Assembly: GCA_965112155.1 (NCBI GenBank)
Contig: OZ218107.1
Source: Podarcis liolepis
Taxonomy: Eukaryota
Reading direction: 5' to 3' (one strand)
Length of the DNA: 64,000 bases
Shown here: positions 38,952 through 52,917 of the stretch, piece by piece
How positions within the stretch are numbered: the first letter of the stretch is position 1
Layout: every line of letters begins with the position of its first letter
The notes under the pieces: model-generated
The model's input: only the letters and a program-made list of their open reading frames with translations
The model's database searches: none
Told to the model about the DNA's origin: nothing
Program-made: the position numbers and the translations under genes

Positions 38952-41668
38952 ACGGTGATATTCGGAAACAATCAGTTTTCCCTAAAGAGTGAGAAAACAG
39001 ACTGCCTCACCTCTTCTGTAATAACAACTTCAGTGTTTGTTTTCCACTGCATCAACTTCTTTCCAATATTCATGTAGGACATACTTTCAGTATGACCTTG
39101 AAATAGCCAACTTCATCTGGATTCAACCCTTTCTAAGTAAACTTGGGCATGAGGATTGGTCAGCTGCTTCCACCCTCAGCTGCCCTTGCTAGTACCTCTC
39201 CCTTCTGTCCTTGGTCAGCATTGTTGTATCTTAATCCATAAACAATTATTGCAGTTCACCAACCTATGATTGTATTTAGATGAGGACCAATTGGCTGTGC
39301 TTTCAACTCCAGTTAAGATCCCTTGATTATTTTGCCTCCTGATAACTTACATCTTTCCTCATTACTTTGCCCACTATATTTCTTGAGCTACAAAGGCATA
39401 TTTATCAACATTCTGCTGGAAAATGGGAAGTTTTTCACCTGCTTCTGCTGCAGCTTGCAACAAGGGGCTGCCATTGGTGATTCTTTACAGTCATCATTCA
39501 GCAATGTTGCTGGCCTTCATTTAGAGTGGTATCTGCATGTATCAAGGAAAAAAAATACATGTTTGATACAGAAAAGTTCAGGTCTGAAAATTCTATACAT
39601 GAATGTCCTTGGATTTCATAGGCTGACTAGATGGAAAACTAATTTTGAACACTGACAGGTTTGCTCAAGTCCTTCATCCTTAAAAAGATATAACTATAAC
39701 TCTAATGACATATAAATGAAGAAAGGTGAGATACTTGGACCATGCTCTCTCAATTTATATAAATTCTTATTAGATTTGCAGAGTCTTTCCAACAGAGCAC
39801 AGAGAAGAATCAATCCATGCATTACTTGAGTGGTAGGATTTCATTCTCATGAGCAATCTCTTTTTAATCACTGGTTTCATTCTAAGGCTAGTCATGGCAT
39901 AAAAGATTTTCTTAAGTAGTACTTACTCATCATAATGGATGTCTTATATATCAGCTCTTGAAAACTGAACTTTTCCCTGCTTGTCTTCTTCTTTTTAGAT
40001 ATACTTTATTATTCCAAAAGATACTTATTTTAAAATCAGCTCAGTTCAAATTAAGATATGTTTCAGCAGGGTTTAAAAAGTCATTTCACAATAATGACCA
40101 AGGACGTGATCCAGTTCTAGCCTGCATCACTGAGTGCACACTGCTCTCTGCACATGGGAATGGGAAGATTTGGTAGAGAACTGGCTTGTGATATAAATAG
40201 ATCAGATTTTAAAATAATAAAAAAACACCTCACAGAGCTACAATTACCCACATCCTTGCAGTTCCCTATATTTTTTGGAGGGAAGCAAATGTGCTTTTAC
40301 ATGTATAGAGCAAACCCCAAAGCAGTATATTCTTTTAAGGTGCGTGTGTATTCAAATGACTTTTCCCCTTGCTTACCCTAGAGCAATGAATGAATGAATT
40401 TTAAAAAAGTGAAGACTATATTTTTCCTTGTTAGTTGGCTTCTCTTTGCATTTACTGGTCCCCTCCAAGTTAATAATCACAGCCACAGCCTATGTTTCAC
40501 AGCCTGCTGCTCAAGAAACCATGTATATGCCAGCCTCTAGGCTACCCATCAGAAAGAAAAAAGCTTTCAATAACCACTTTAAAAGCAGGTGAAGACTGCC
40601 TTGGTACAACAGCATGGGGAGGCATTCTACAGTGTACAAAAATGCTGTTTTCTGTCCCTTTCCTGCATCAGATTGCTTATCTTCACAGTATGCCTTTGTC
40701 CTGCCTGCTGCTTACCATTTCTTGTAAAGCATGAAATAAAGAAGCCTGAACAAACTCAATATATATATGCTTCCAAAATGTTGACTTTACATGATCATGC
40801 TTCAGCCAATCAAGGCAGTAAATATAACACAATATCTCTGTTGTCTCTGTTCTGGAGGTAGGGGGAAAGAGTCCAGTAACCTGACTGTGCTTCTCTTTTA
40901 TTATGAACCCCCCATAGTTTCTACATACTGTGTCTTAAAAAATGAGACAAGATAATTTTTGTGAAACAGACAACATAATTTTTGTCTTGCCTAGAAAGCT
41001 TTCTGTTCTCTTTCCACAGATCCCCCAAAGCCTACATGTTTGCCAAATTGCATGCTGATTTTAGGCAAACAAACCATGTCAACTGTGCACATTTGCATCT
41101 GACATTTACTATTGTGTTCAAAGTAACTGTAGAATCATGTGCAGTTTTGTTTCATTGTAATGACACGTCGGGCGCACACTCGCCATGACAAAAGAGAGAT
41201 TATAATTGGGTCGTTTCACTTTATTAAAAGGGTTATTCCACTCTATTTCCCAGTGACCATCTTGTCCTCACCAAGATCACCCTGGTAAACTTAAAATGCA
41301 TTTGAAAATGATGCTTGGTCATGTCTGCCCTACCCCTTTTTGCTACATTTGGATGTTCTGGCAGGAGGGTTGGTTGCTTGTTGTTGTTCCATTCATCAAA
41401 CACTGTTGTGGTTTTGGTTTGCCTGCCCCATTCATCAAACACTGGTGGGGTCTTGGTTAGTTCTAGATCAAAGTGATTGCCTGGAGTACATAAAAGAGTA
41501 TGTTTAGCTCAATGGCAACTTACTCCCCACCATCAGCCGCTGAGTCCTAGCTCTGTAGCTCATCTTTAAAGGCTGCCTTTCCTATGTTATGGCGATATCT
41601 GTTGTGGTGATAAGGTATTAGGCATGGATTATGGAATAGACACATTCTAGTTAAATTAAGAAGCTTGT

Positions 41669-42080
41669 GAAAGCTGAAAGTGAAAGCTGGACCATAAAGA
41701 AGGCTGATCGCCGAAGATTTGATGCTTTTGAATTATGGTGCTGGAGGAGACTCTTGAGAGTCCCATGGACTGCAAGAAGATCAAACCTCTCCGTTCTTAA
41801 GAAAATCAGCCCTGAGTGCTCACTGGAAGATGAGGCTCCAGTACTTTGGCCACCTCATGAGAAGAGAAGACTCCCTGGAAAAGACCCTGATGTTGGGAAA
41901 GATGGAGGGCACAAGGAGAAGGGGACGACAGAGGACGAGATGGTTGGATAGTGTTCACGAAGCTACCAGCATGAGTTTGACCAAACTGCGGGAGGCAGTG
42001 GAAGACAGGAGTGCCTGGCGTGCTATGGTCCATGGGGTCACGAAGAGTTGGACACGACTAAACGACTAAACAACAAGAAG
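41669..42080 (+). mobile_element. Bov-B (RTE) LINE 3' fragment
   Basis: Encodes SESWTIKKADRRRFDAFELWCWRRLLRVPW. 11-bp TSD AAGAAGCTTGT at 41658-41668 and 42081-42091. Has a small internal deletion relative to the other copies. Confidence 0.95.
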
Positions 42081-43693
42081 AAGAAGCTTGTACGTACGGT
42101 GGTTCTGAGTTACTATGCCTGAGCCTGATCTGCACCATATGATGGTTCTGTGGCCATTTGGATGTTGAATTACAACATCTTGGCGACCTGTTGAGCTGTT
42201 GTAGGTAATTCAAGCTTGCCTCCCTCAAATCCTTACAGGTCCTGCTTACGGTTTTCTCATAGGCATCTGGGTGGCTACTGTGGGACCAAGCTGCTTGACT
42301 AGACTGGCCTTTCTTTTTAACCAGCATAACTCCTCTTGCGTTGTTTGCAAAGGTGTAATACCCAGCGGAGCCTCCATAATGATTTTCTAGTGATGGGACA
42401 TTATTAGAACATCCCACCCACATCACCTTTAGTAAAGTTCCTGAGGCTTTACTCCCCGTGGTAGACTTTGGGATGCAATGGCCAAGGACTCCCATTACAA
42501 ACTTTGTGTTGTGCAGATAATAGCCTTCCTGTTTCTGCGTGCGTGCAGAACCTTTGTCACATTTTAATGTATGCTGGAGGATATTAGTTGCATTTAGTTA
42601 GATGAATGGTTCACATGTAGTTTATTGTTTCTGAGTAGCTAAGGCAACATCCCAAACATACAGCTAGGGGAGACTAGGGCTACTGGGGCACAGTCCTCCC
42701 ACTGAAAATGTCAAGCAGTTTTTAATTTCCTCCTCAAAATCACAAACTCTTTCTTTCTTGCCACACTTCCTTGATGTACAGAGGCATTCCTGTCAATGTT
42801 TTCTGCACCATTCAGCCAATCCTAATCCAGAACTATAGCTGTGGCAAAAAGGTCCCCCTCCCATGCATCTCTAAAATGAAAAAAAGGATATGACTGATTG
42901 GCCTGCTTGAAATTCACCCCTACTAAGAAGACTCTCACTCCATCTATTATTAGGAGGCCTATCCAGCACATCTACTGTAGCAGATATAGGAGGAGTCAGG
43001 ACTGCTGCAAAAAACAGCCCCAGATGTAGTTGCACCAGGCTCATCCAAACTTTTGCTTGCCCTGGGAAAACCTGCTTTTTAGCACTAAATCAGAGCAGAC
43101 GTCAGGGGTTTTCTGTGGATTTATGTTCGCTCCGATTTAGCACTAAAGAGTGCATTTTCCTGGGGAAATTGGTGGGGCAAACAGAAAACCACTTGGGCCC
43201 ATGTTTTCTAGGCACGGGACAAGTGGAAGTGTGTTGCAACAAACTCTGTATTGTTATCAGTTTCTAAGGTTTCTAGTTCTTGGAGTAATCAGGCTATCCT
43301 CTTGGTGAGATGATAGCCTGGGTGATGAGCCATTAAGAGGCTCGGTAGAAGACGGCTATCAACAGATAAAGCCAGAGTTTTTCTTTTTTTGGGGGGGGGG
43401 GGTAACAATGGGACCTAGAAGGAAAACAGCAAGCTGGAGATAGGGGCCATGTTTGAAATGTTTGAAAGCGATGCTTGATTTCTGTTTGAATCCAAGGATT
43501 GCACTCTGCACATGTGTAATGACACAATTTCCTAAGCAAGTTCCATAAAATTCCTATTGTGATGAAAGCAGAAGGTTAAAAATAGCAGCTCTACCACTAC
43601 ATGCAAAAATCTATGGGTGCAGATAAATGGGAATTCTGTTGCAATGAAGAAAACGCAAAATGAATTTGAAGAATCAGCAGATTTAACAGTGGG

Positions 43694-43696
<3 letters not shown>

Positions 43697-43757
<61 letters not shown>
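43697..43757. repeat. Compound (CT)n(CA)n microsatellite
   Basis: Directly visible. Confidence 0.95.
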
Positions 43758-43758
<1 letters not shown>

Positions 43759-44158
43759 AGTTTTAATGCATATTCTTAATGCCCTAATATAATATGTCCT
43801 AATAAGAATGTGCATACTTCTGCTAGAATTTCCATTCTGTTAGAAGTCTATTGTGTCGTGAACAGAGTTGACCTGAATATAAACTCTTGAATATGCCTTG
43901 TTATATAAACAGCCCAAAACTGTGTCATTCATCTCAATCCATACCTTCTCCCAACAAAAAAGATTTAATCTGTCCTCTTTCCATTAGAAAGTATTTCAGT
44001 CTGGGGCATAACCAGAGAACTAATGGAATTATGAGTTTCTAAGTAACTAAAACCAGCTGAAGCTGTAATGCAAGGCTTTTTAAATTTTTATTTAACCTCC
44101 ATTAAAGTCTGGCTCAAAATGCAGATTATGTACTTCCAGACAGCAGTTGAAATGAACT

Positions 44159-44160
<2 letters not shown>

Positions 44161-44228
<68 letters not shown>
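44161..44228. repeat. Compound (TC)n(TG)n microsatellite
   Basis: Directly visible. Confidence 0.95.
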
Positions 44229-44697
44229 ACTTTATTAAATTATACAAACTTTTAAAAATCAAGTTTCTGCCAGTTTTCTACAACCAAACCTATGCAATTT
44301 TGGACAAATAGAAAATAGGTGAAGATTTGGGTAAAGCAGGATGATTAATCAGCAGAGATTGCTTGGTACTAAGCTTTGCCATTGTTACGACAGGATACTT
44401 GATTATGGGGATGTGTTAGGAGGTGCTGTGCTTTACATGTGGAAATGGGGCACAGTTGTGGTGCAATATGGCTAGCCAACATACATTTATGAACCACAAT
44501 GTAAATACTAACCTACATCTGCAACCAGTAATGTGTATTAATATTATTGTATTAATGCAAGTAATATGTCTTCACCACTTTTAGGTATTTATTCTTCAGG
44601 CAAAGAAGGAGAGGCAAAAACTCACTGCCTTAATCAGAAATGGTCACAGCTGTCCAGGTTCCTTATATGATGAGGGATGGAGTATTCCATTTTTAAA

Positions 44698-45097
44698 TGT
44701 TGTTGTTGTTGTCGTTTAGTCGTGTCTGACTCTTCGTTGGACCAGAGCACGCCAGGCACTCCTGTCTTCCACTGCCTCCCACATTTTGGTCAAACTCATT
44801 CTGGTAGCTTCAAGAACACAACCATCTCGTCCTCTGTCATCCCCTTCTCCTTGTGCCCTCCATCATTCCCAACATCAGGGTCTTTTCCAGGGAGTCTTCT
44901 CTTCTCATGATGTGGCCAAAGTATTGGAGCCTCAGCTTCAGGATCTGTCCTTCCAGTGAGCACTCAGGGCTGATTTCCTTCAGAATGGATAGGTTTGATC
45001 TTCTTGCAGTACATGGGACTCTCAAGAGTCTCCTCCAGCACCAGAATTCAAAAGCATCAGTTCTTCGGCGATCAGTCTTCTTTATGGTCCAGCTCTC
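44698..45097 (-). mobile_element. Bov-B (RTE) LINE 3' fragment
   Basis: Bov-B ORF C-terminus and (TTG)n tail, with TSD CCATTTTTAAA on both sides. Confidence 0.93.
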
Positions 45098-45824
45098 CCA
45101 TTTTTAAAATAATTATATCAATTTCCTTTATTTTCCTTACTAGTTCATATTTGAAGTGGACAACTTCCATATCACTACCTGATTAGGTTTTTGGCCTGAC
45201 TTTTGGCTTTCAATGCCATGTGTACTTTTTACAGGTTGGGGGGGTATTAATTTGAATGTTGTGTTCCTGAAGTCTTATGGTTTCTGTGTGGAATTCCGAT
45301 ATGACTTGGGAATTTCCTCAAGGCGTCTAGTGCTCCTGCTGACACCCTGGGAGAATTGGGGGAGAGAGAAAGACCGAGGGCATGGCAGAGAGGAAGAGAA
45401 GTTTGAACGCAGTGTGTGGAATACTCAGGGCAATTCCACATCACACTTAAATCTTGATGACTGTGGTCCTGTAAAGGTGCCAGCGATCACTTAACATAAA
45501 TATATAAGCTCTCTTAATCAGCCTAAAATGCCCAGGGTTCTTTTGATGAAACAGCAGAAGTGGTTTACAACTAAGGGTGGGGGAGAAATTTGGCTTGGTT
45601 CACATTTCACTGCAAGCCTGCTTGTAACCCTTCCTGAAATAATATGGCAAGGAAAACTTTCAAAGTTATCCTTTGAAAGTTTCACTTCTTTGAATTTTAT
45701 GATGCAAGTCTCCCAATCACCACTACATTTCCCCGCCCCCCCTGTGCAATATTCTTGTATTTCACAACACAATAGTAGCAACAGCTCTATCTAGGGACAT
45801 TCTGCTCCTGGTTATCATTAACAT

Positions 45825-45927
45825 GTTGTTGTTTAGTTGTTTAGTCATGTCCGACTCTTCGTGACCCCATGGATCAGAGCACGCCAGGCACTTCTGTCTT
45901 CCACTGCCTCCTGCAGTTTGGTCAAAC
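45825..45927 (-). mobile_element. Bov-B (RTE) LINE extreme 3' fragment
   Basis: Bov-B 3' end. 10-bp TSD TCATTAACAT at 45815-45824 and 45928-45937. Confidence 0.9.
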
Positions 45928-48384
45928 TCATTAACATACAAACAGGAAATGGGATTATACTGAGTAGCCCCCCCCTCCCATGTCCAATATGTAGAATGGA
46001 AATATTTGAAGGCAGGAGGAATTCTTAATATGTAGGGGTTCCCACCCAGTGTGGAACTCTGATTGCTTACCCTTCCAGATTGTGTTGGAGCCTGCATGTG
46101 TGAAGACTCCCCTCTTCAGACGTTCATATTCTTTGGACAGGCACTCAGCATCATTGTGTTTCCCACTCATGTGTTGGCAGAAACATCCAAATAGGGCTTT
46201 GTGTACAACTTCGCCTGGTCGGGTAGAGACACCTATGATACTGCTCCAACTGTCTTTATGAACCAAAAGAAAATACTACTGTAAGAGCTGTTGACATTTG
46301 CTACTCACTCGGGGCAATTTCTGCTTGCCCTAGGTAAAGAAACATGTGGCTAATTGCACAGTTGGCTCACATGTATCAGAATTCTTTTTGAGAAATAAAA
46401 GGAATGAGTTTAGCACAACTGGTATAGGAGTTCTGAACAGATCCAGTGGGATTCTAAAATAAAGAATAAGAATTATCCACTGGGTAATAGTGGAATTTCA
46501 TGTTTGTTGTTAAGGTGCTCCTGTTAGATTTAACATTGAAGGAAGGATTGCTTGCTGAAACCTGGAAACTCATGCTCTGTATTTAACAACAGTTAAAACT
46601 GTTCATTAATGATTAAGACAGCTTCCACAAAAGCTAGGATCATCGGATATTCTTGTAGTTCCAGGTAGTGTTTTTGATATATTTCTTTTTTTTTTAATTC
46701 TCTTTAGTTTTGTTTAATAATGAATTCATTAAACACAAATAAAAATACAATAAAATAACATTAAAGAGTAAAATACATGGAGATAAGCAGAGATAATTGA
46801 AGATGTATGACATACATTCATTAAATTCCAAATGAACTGTACCAGAATCAGAGTAGCTGTGATACATTTCACATTACATTAGTAAATTTCCTCATTGTTT
46901 AAACTCTTTTACATGTTACAAGATCAAGAATTTCAAACATTCTTTTCCTGAGAGCAAAGCAAAGATAGTTTTGGTTATGGAATGTATCTATTAAAAAGAA
47001 CAGAGACAAATGGTAATGTTATAACAATATTAGAAAATATACAAGAAAGATTTTCAACCTTAAGAGATGTTTTTAAAATATGGCATAGAAGAGTCAAAAC
47101 ATGCCACTTTTTATTATAAAGGACTAATACTTTGACGTCTGAATTACTCAGAATTTTAATAGGGCTGTGAATTCAATAGGATGGATTATGTGTCACAAAA
47201 ATTATTTCCAGAGACTGAACAAAATAGTGTAAGGTCATTGTTGCAATCCAAAGGACTCATGGGCCATTATGTTTAAATGAGAAACTGCTCATTGTACAAA
47301 CACACACATTCTGTTCACAATGACTGACTTTCTAGAATAATAGCTAAATGTATTATTATATTATTGTTGTTTTAACTACCAAAGGTGCTGGTTCTGCTTC
47401 ATGAAATCAGTTGGAGTTTTACTGTTGGAATTATCTCAAATAGTGCCATGCAAGTTTTTGTCATGCTACTAACGGACTTTTGCCTTGCACTTTCAGTTCT
47501 GGCAATTAGGTGGTCCTTGAGGGTCTTCCTCTTCACACTTCCCTTTAACTAATGCTTGAAGTAGCTTGTATTTCCACAGCAGATTCTCAAATTAATCTGT
47601 AGAACTGTTTCTGGTGTGACTGTTTTTTTATTGCACCTCATCTGTCCATTTGTATGTCATTTTGTGAGGGCATGGCTCCCAAAAGCGGCTTAAAATACTT
47701 TAAACAAAATAAAAAACAAATAACACTATTTGTTTTAAATATCATACAAAAGAAGAGGTAGCTATGAAAAATCCCTACCCTATTCATTCTTCAAAGTCTT
47801 TAAAATTGGTCATAGTGTCTGTGTTAAAAGGCATGATGTTTTTGTATTCCTGCTCATGCATGACGACAACAAAATACGGGATTTCTGAGGGATGTTGTCA
47901 ACTTGTTGATTTGCATCAAGTCACCCCTCTCCCAAAGTATGAAACATTCAAAAAACTGAAACTCTTTACTGAAAAAAGGTGCTGCAGAAAAGGGCAAGAA
48001 AATGTTAAGCTGAAGAATAACAAGCAGAACACATAGGCATTTGAATGTAGGACTCAGCTAAATTCAGCTCGCTCTATGTCACAATATCAATGTGATGTGC
48101 TACACAGTAATTGTCTGTGACTTTACAATTTTTTAAAATTTTCACTGGGCCCTGTGGGTTTAGCTGACCCAGTTGTTCTTTCCGTAGTATAATCTTTTTG
48201 ATTCCATGAATATGTGTGTGGCTCATTAAAATGAATTGCATTAAAGTCATATTTGGGCTATAGCTGAGGTGTGTAATAACTGTGCACTCTGAGCATGGTA
48301 TCAAAAAAATGGAGGGCTGAGAAAGCAACCAGATAAGACTTTTTGCTTATTGCTGTGATATGCAGCTTGTGACATTGTAGGGGG

Positions 48385-48615
48385 CAGAGCCGTCTTTCCC
48401 ACTGGGCTTAGTGGTGCATTGCGCCAGGGCGCCGGCCTCTCAGGGGCGCCCCAGCAAGTGGGGGAGCTGCGTGGCTTTGCCGGAGGCCTCCCCTTTCCCT
48501 GAACGCCCGCCAGCTGCGCCCCGCCAACCATATGGCTGGCGCGTGTGCAGCTTGCCTCCCAAGCCTCGATGGGAACAGAGCGATCCCCGCAGAGGCCTCG
48601 GATGGAAGCTGCACC
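48385..48615. mobile_element. Truncated GC-rich hAT-like non-autonomous element (one end only)
   Basis: Abrupt CpG-rich block beginning CAGAGCCGTCTTTCCC...GCGCCAGGGCGCC, resembling CAGGGCCGTC-type hAT termini. No matching right TIR was found. Confidence 0.45.
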
Positions 48616-48689
48616 CAAACAACTATAATGTTCTAAACTTGGTGTGTGTTGTTTTGTGTGTGTATAACAGTTATTCTCATGTGGGCACC

Positions 48690-49154
48690 CTCATACCCCC
48701 CCCCAGCCTTTCCTGTCCCCTCAGGAGTAGCCGCGCGAGCCCCGCCAACCTGCCCTTCACCCCCAGGCCACCCCCTTCCCCTCGACATAGTGACAGTTGC
48801 CGATTGGGTGGCCAGCCGACTCCTCCTGCCCTGATTGGCACATGTCTCTTTCCTTCCTACCCTCCTTGCCCCGCCCCACTCTGAGGCGGGTGTGGGTGCG
48901 CGCATTGATGCTGCTGCTGCTGCTGCTTGTGCTGCTGCCTCCAAACCACTTCGGGAGACAGCGGGATGGCGGCGTTCCGCCTCCCTCTGTCCCCCGACCT
49001 TGCGGGGCTGGCGCTGGGGCTCTCCTGAGTGCACACCAACCCCTCTCGCTCTCCAGGCTTCAGTGAAAGCCTGCATTCGCCCCATAGGACGCACACACAT
49101 TTCCCCTTCATTTTTGGAGGGGGAAAAGTGCGTCCTATAGGGCGAAAAATACGG
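48690..49154 (-). mobile_element. Truncated Tc1/mariner (Tc2-group) non-autonomous element
   Basis: Ends in GTGCGTCCTATAGGGCGAAAAATACGG|TA, the reverse complement of the terminus at 63202. About 125 bp are shared with that copy. The other TIR is absent. Confidence 0.75.
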
Positions 49155-50098
49155 TAGTTAGATTTACAGAGAAACTGAGCAGAATGTGAAATTCAAACTA
49201 AGATTTGCAAATTCAGCACTTTATTCACAGGCTCTATAACCTGTGACTAGTTTCTTAATTGTCTCTCCAGATGCAGTGGAAACCTTATTGTTAAAATACA
49301 TACATCTTGCCTAATGAAAGAATCTAGGTTATTTCAGAGGGTAACACTAATGATAAATCTTGCCTTACACTATATTGAAATGTTCTTCTCAGATTGCAGG
49401 GAATATTTTATTCTGTTTCATTAGTAGCTAGTATTGCACCTGTTGGAAGTTGTTTCTCATCCGTAAAGTTTATACCACAATATAGTGTTTTTCTTTAATA
49501 TAAAACTATCCTGCTGGAATTTACCTACCACAAGATTTCCAAAAGTGCATTTTCTCAGGTCCCGAAGGACTGGAGTAAGGTTTGAAGATGTTTAAGCCTC
49601 CTGCTTAATCACAAACCTGGCAGAAAATATGTAGGAAGGAATTGTAAAATTGAAAATGGGAGTTAGGAGACGCCGACATTATTCTATTAAAAATGCATGG
49701 AAGCAAATATCTCCACAATACAAAAGTGGTGGGACAAGCTACACACCACCTAGGGATTGTAATGTATATTTAAAATGCACACTTACATATTTAGGTATTA
49801 TTGTATTGCCTTTACAGGCAAAACGCCCTCTCAGGGTGGTTCACAAGTAGCATAATAGAACAATATGAAATGTATTGCATTTATATCCTTTAGTGGACAT
49901 TGAACTCATTTCACGGTAAGTGGACACTGAGGCAAAACAATAGTTGATTTGTCCAAGATCAGGTCACATGTTATTACTCTTTTATGTGAATACATGGCAG
50001 ATAAAATAAGGGTGGAGTTTAATAAATGTGTGTCTGAACAAATGAACAATTATTTTTGCTTCAATGCCAAGAAAGTGGTAGGGGAAAAGTTTTGGCCA

Positions 50099-50456
50099 TA
50101 AAGGTAAAGGGACCCCTGACCATTAGGTCCAGTTGTGGCTGACTCTAGGGTTGTAGCACTCATCTCGCTCGCTTTATTGGCTGAGGGAGCTGGCATACAG
50201 CTTCCGGGTCATGTGGCCAGCATGACTAAGCCTCTTCTGGCGAACCAGAGCAGCGCATGGAAACGCCGTTTACCTTCCTGCTGGAGTGGTACCTATTTAT
50301 CTACTTGCACTTTTTGGTGTGCTTTCGAACTACTAGGTGGGCAGGAGCAGGGGTGGAGCAGCGGGAGCTCACCCTGTCGCGGGGATTCGAGCTGCCAACC
50401 TTCTGATCGGCAAGTCCTAGGCTCTGCAGTTTAATCCACAGCGCCACCCGCATCCC
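50099..50456 (-). mobile_element. Sauria (POM/Squam1) SINE, full length
   Basis: Reverse complement of the 52582 element, more diverged. Confidence 0.9.
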
Positions 50457-50535
50457 TATAGGGTCAGATCAAATAGTGACCAACCCTCTCCTCAGGCCAC
50501 ATTTGACAGATGGGCAGGGCTTCACTGAGAATTTA

Positions 50536-50880
50536 GGCCCAATCTGCATTATACATTAAAAGCAGATTCATGCAACAGAGCTACAATTCCCAGATTTCCC
50601 TGGAAAAAGGTATTGACTCTGAGAATTGGCTCTGTGTGGGCAATAGGAGTCTCCTGACAACTCTTAACAAGCTACAGTTCCCTGGATCCTATATTGCAAG
50701 CAATTACAGTTTAAAGTGGTATGATACTACTGCAGATGTATAGTCAGGGCTTTTTTCTGGGGAACTCACAGAAACTCAGTTCCGGCACCTCTCAGGGGGG
50801 CACCATTGCCATTCTAAGACAATGAGGGAGGTGTTCATGGTGAGTTCCAGCACCTCTTTTTTCTAGAAAAATGGCATTGC
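50536..50880. mobile_element. Degenerate MITE cluster (a CAGGGC-terminus element at about 50745-50879 adjoining or inserted in an older palindromic MITE)
   Basis: GCTACAATTCCC/GCTACAGTTCCC motifs shared with the region near 13100-13225, then a CAGGGCTTTTTTCTGG...CTAGAAAAATGGCATTG block with inverted ends. Confidence 0.4.
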
Positions 50881-52917
50881 AGGTCAGGTTTAGTGGGTTG
50901 GATCCAGAATATCAGTTCTGTAATCAGAAGGGCTCCTTACTTTTTTTGGAAGTGCCTCAAATTCAGCAGAGTCCTCAGACCACCTTGTGTTACTATAAAT
51001 TTGAGAATATGTCTCCACACCCCCACCCAACCACATAAATGCAGAAAATATAAATTAACTTTAACGTAACTCAGACTCAGATTACTGAGTTGGTAATCAG
51101 ATTACAGAAAAAATTACATGAGATGGATCTAAGAGCAGTCTGAGAATTCTGGTCTGAACTAACTAATGTTGAGTTTTGGTGAATAACTGAATGATAATTA
51201 CAACATAATTCTAAATGGTTTTTTTTTAATTTAAAAAACCACTGTTATCTAGCTCAGTTAGATTTTATTATTATTTCATGCTTTCTTTGCCAGGAAAATA
51301 AAGCATTTGCTTATAAAGCAGTATACACAGAAATGTTTTAAATAAATCTGTGTTTTGTATACACTGTTTTGCTGTATTTGTATTTTCAGTTTGCTTTCAA
51401 GTGAGACTTGAAAAGGAAAGTAATAGTTTATTATTTCTGCATTTTATTTCAATTCATGATTCCAACCTTGTTCATTAAAGCTGAAGTGAAAATCTGTGTC
51501 TGAAGGACCTTTGTTGACAGAGAAACTGGCCTCCAGCACAAAATTCAATAAACATTGATTACCCAGTCTAATGCAGTTTATTGTTGATTTCTTTTCTTTC
51601 AAAAAGTAATTTACTCTTGCCAAAACATTTTTATGCATGAGGCCATCATCTAGAAATTAATTAACATTTTAGAGTGCAATAACCTAATATGAATGTCAAG
51701 TGAAACATCATTTTCTTTGACCAAAACATGGCGGTGAGTTAGCATATGAGGGAAAGTGATCTCTTTTTATAATAAAGTGCTATCATAGCATTTTCAGGAT
51801 TTCAAAGAGTAAAGTTGACATCCAGTCATTTCTAGTGCTGTAAGTGATAATTTCTGAAATAGATTTTATTTACATGGATTTATTTAATCTTCCCATTGTG
51901 AGCGCTTGAGGAATATAAATCTCTGCTCAGCAAACCGTATTCAAGCCAGTGTTGCCACCAGAACAGCATGATAACAATTACTTCAATCCTGTGTGAAACA
52001 GGGTCAACTTCTTCACAAACATCCATATTTCCTGGGATGATATTACACAGGTGGGCAGTCAGCATTTCTCTGTGAGAACTAGAAGAAAACTTGCAATATA
52101 TTTTTTCTGAGATTCTAACAATAGAAAAGAACAAAGCCTTGAAACACACTGATAATCAACAAAGCAGTCACGAGGGTCAGAAAATGAAGTTCAGCCACCT
52201 GCTCTTTATTTCAAGGCAACAATAAAAACCACTTATGAAGCATCAAAAGCCTTACATTTTTACCATACCATCAGGCTAGCATACTTCTAGTTTGATGTGG
52301 GTATAGGATGTTCTTGATCCTTATTTTGAAAGGAAAGCGTTCACCACTTCAATGCACACCTTCTGTATTTATTAATATATAATGGAATATACTGTCAGTA
52401 CCATGGGCTTATATGGGGCTAGGCAGCATTTCATAAGTAGGAAAAAAAGACAGTTCCCAGTTCCCAAGCAGCTTACAATGTAAATTTTGACTGAGAAGCA
52501 GCAGAAAACAGAGAGGGCTGGGCTGCAGTGAGCTCAGGATGCTACTGGTGCCTGAATTAGCCTGGGCTAGTCCTGCCGTTAGGGACGCGGGTGGCGCTGT
52601 GGGTTAAACCACTGAGCCTAGGACTTGCCGATCAGAAGGTCGGCAGTTCGAATCCCCGCAACGGGGTGAGCTCCCGTTGCTCGGTCCTTGCTCCTGCCGA
52701 CCTAGCAGTTCGAAAGCATGTCAAAGGGCAAGTAGATAAATAGGTACCACTCTGGCGGGAAGGTAAACGGCGTTTCCGTGCGCTGCTCAGGTTTGCCAGA
52801 AGCGGCTTAGTCATGCTGGCCACATGACCCGGAAGCTGTACGCCGGCTCCCTCAGCCAATAAAGCGAGATGAGCGCCGCAACCCCAGAGTCGGCCACGAC
52901 TGGACCTAATGGTCAGG

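Noticed and set aside
46680-47300. Possible old minus-strand L1 3' fragment
   Set aside because: Only faint hints (T-rich tail, a degenerate H..W.C-like motif). Too decayed to support without a repeat search.
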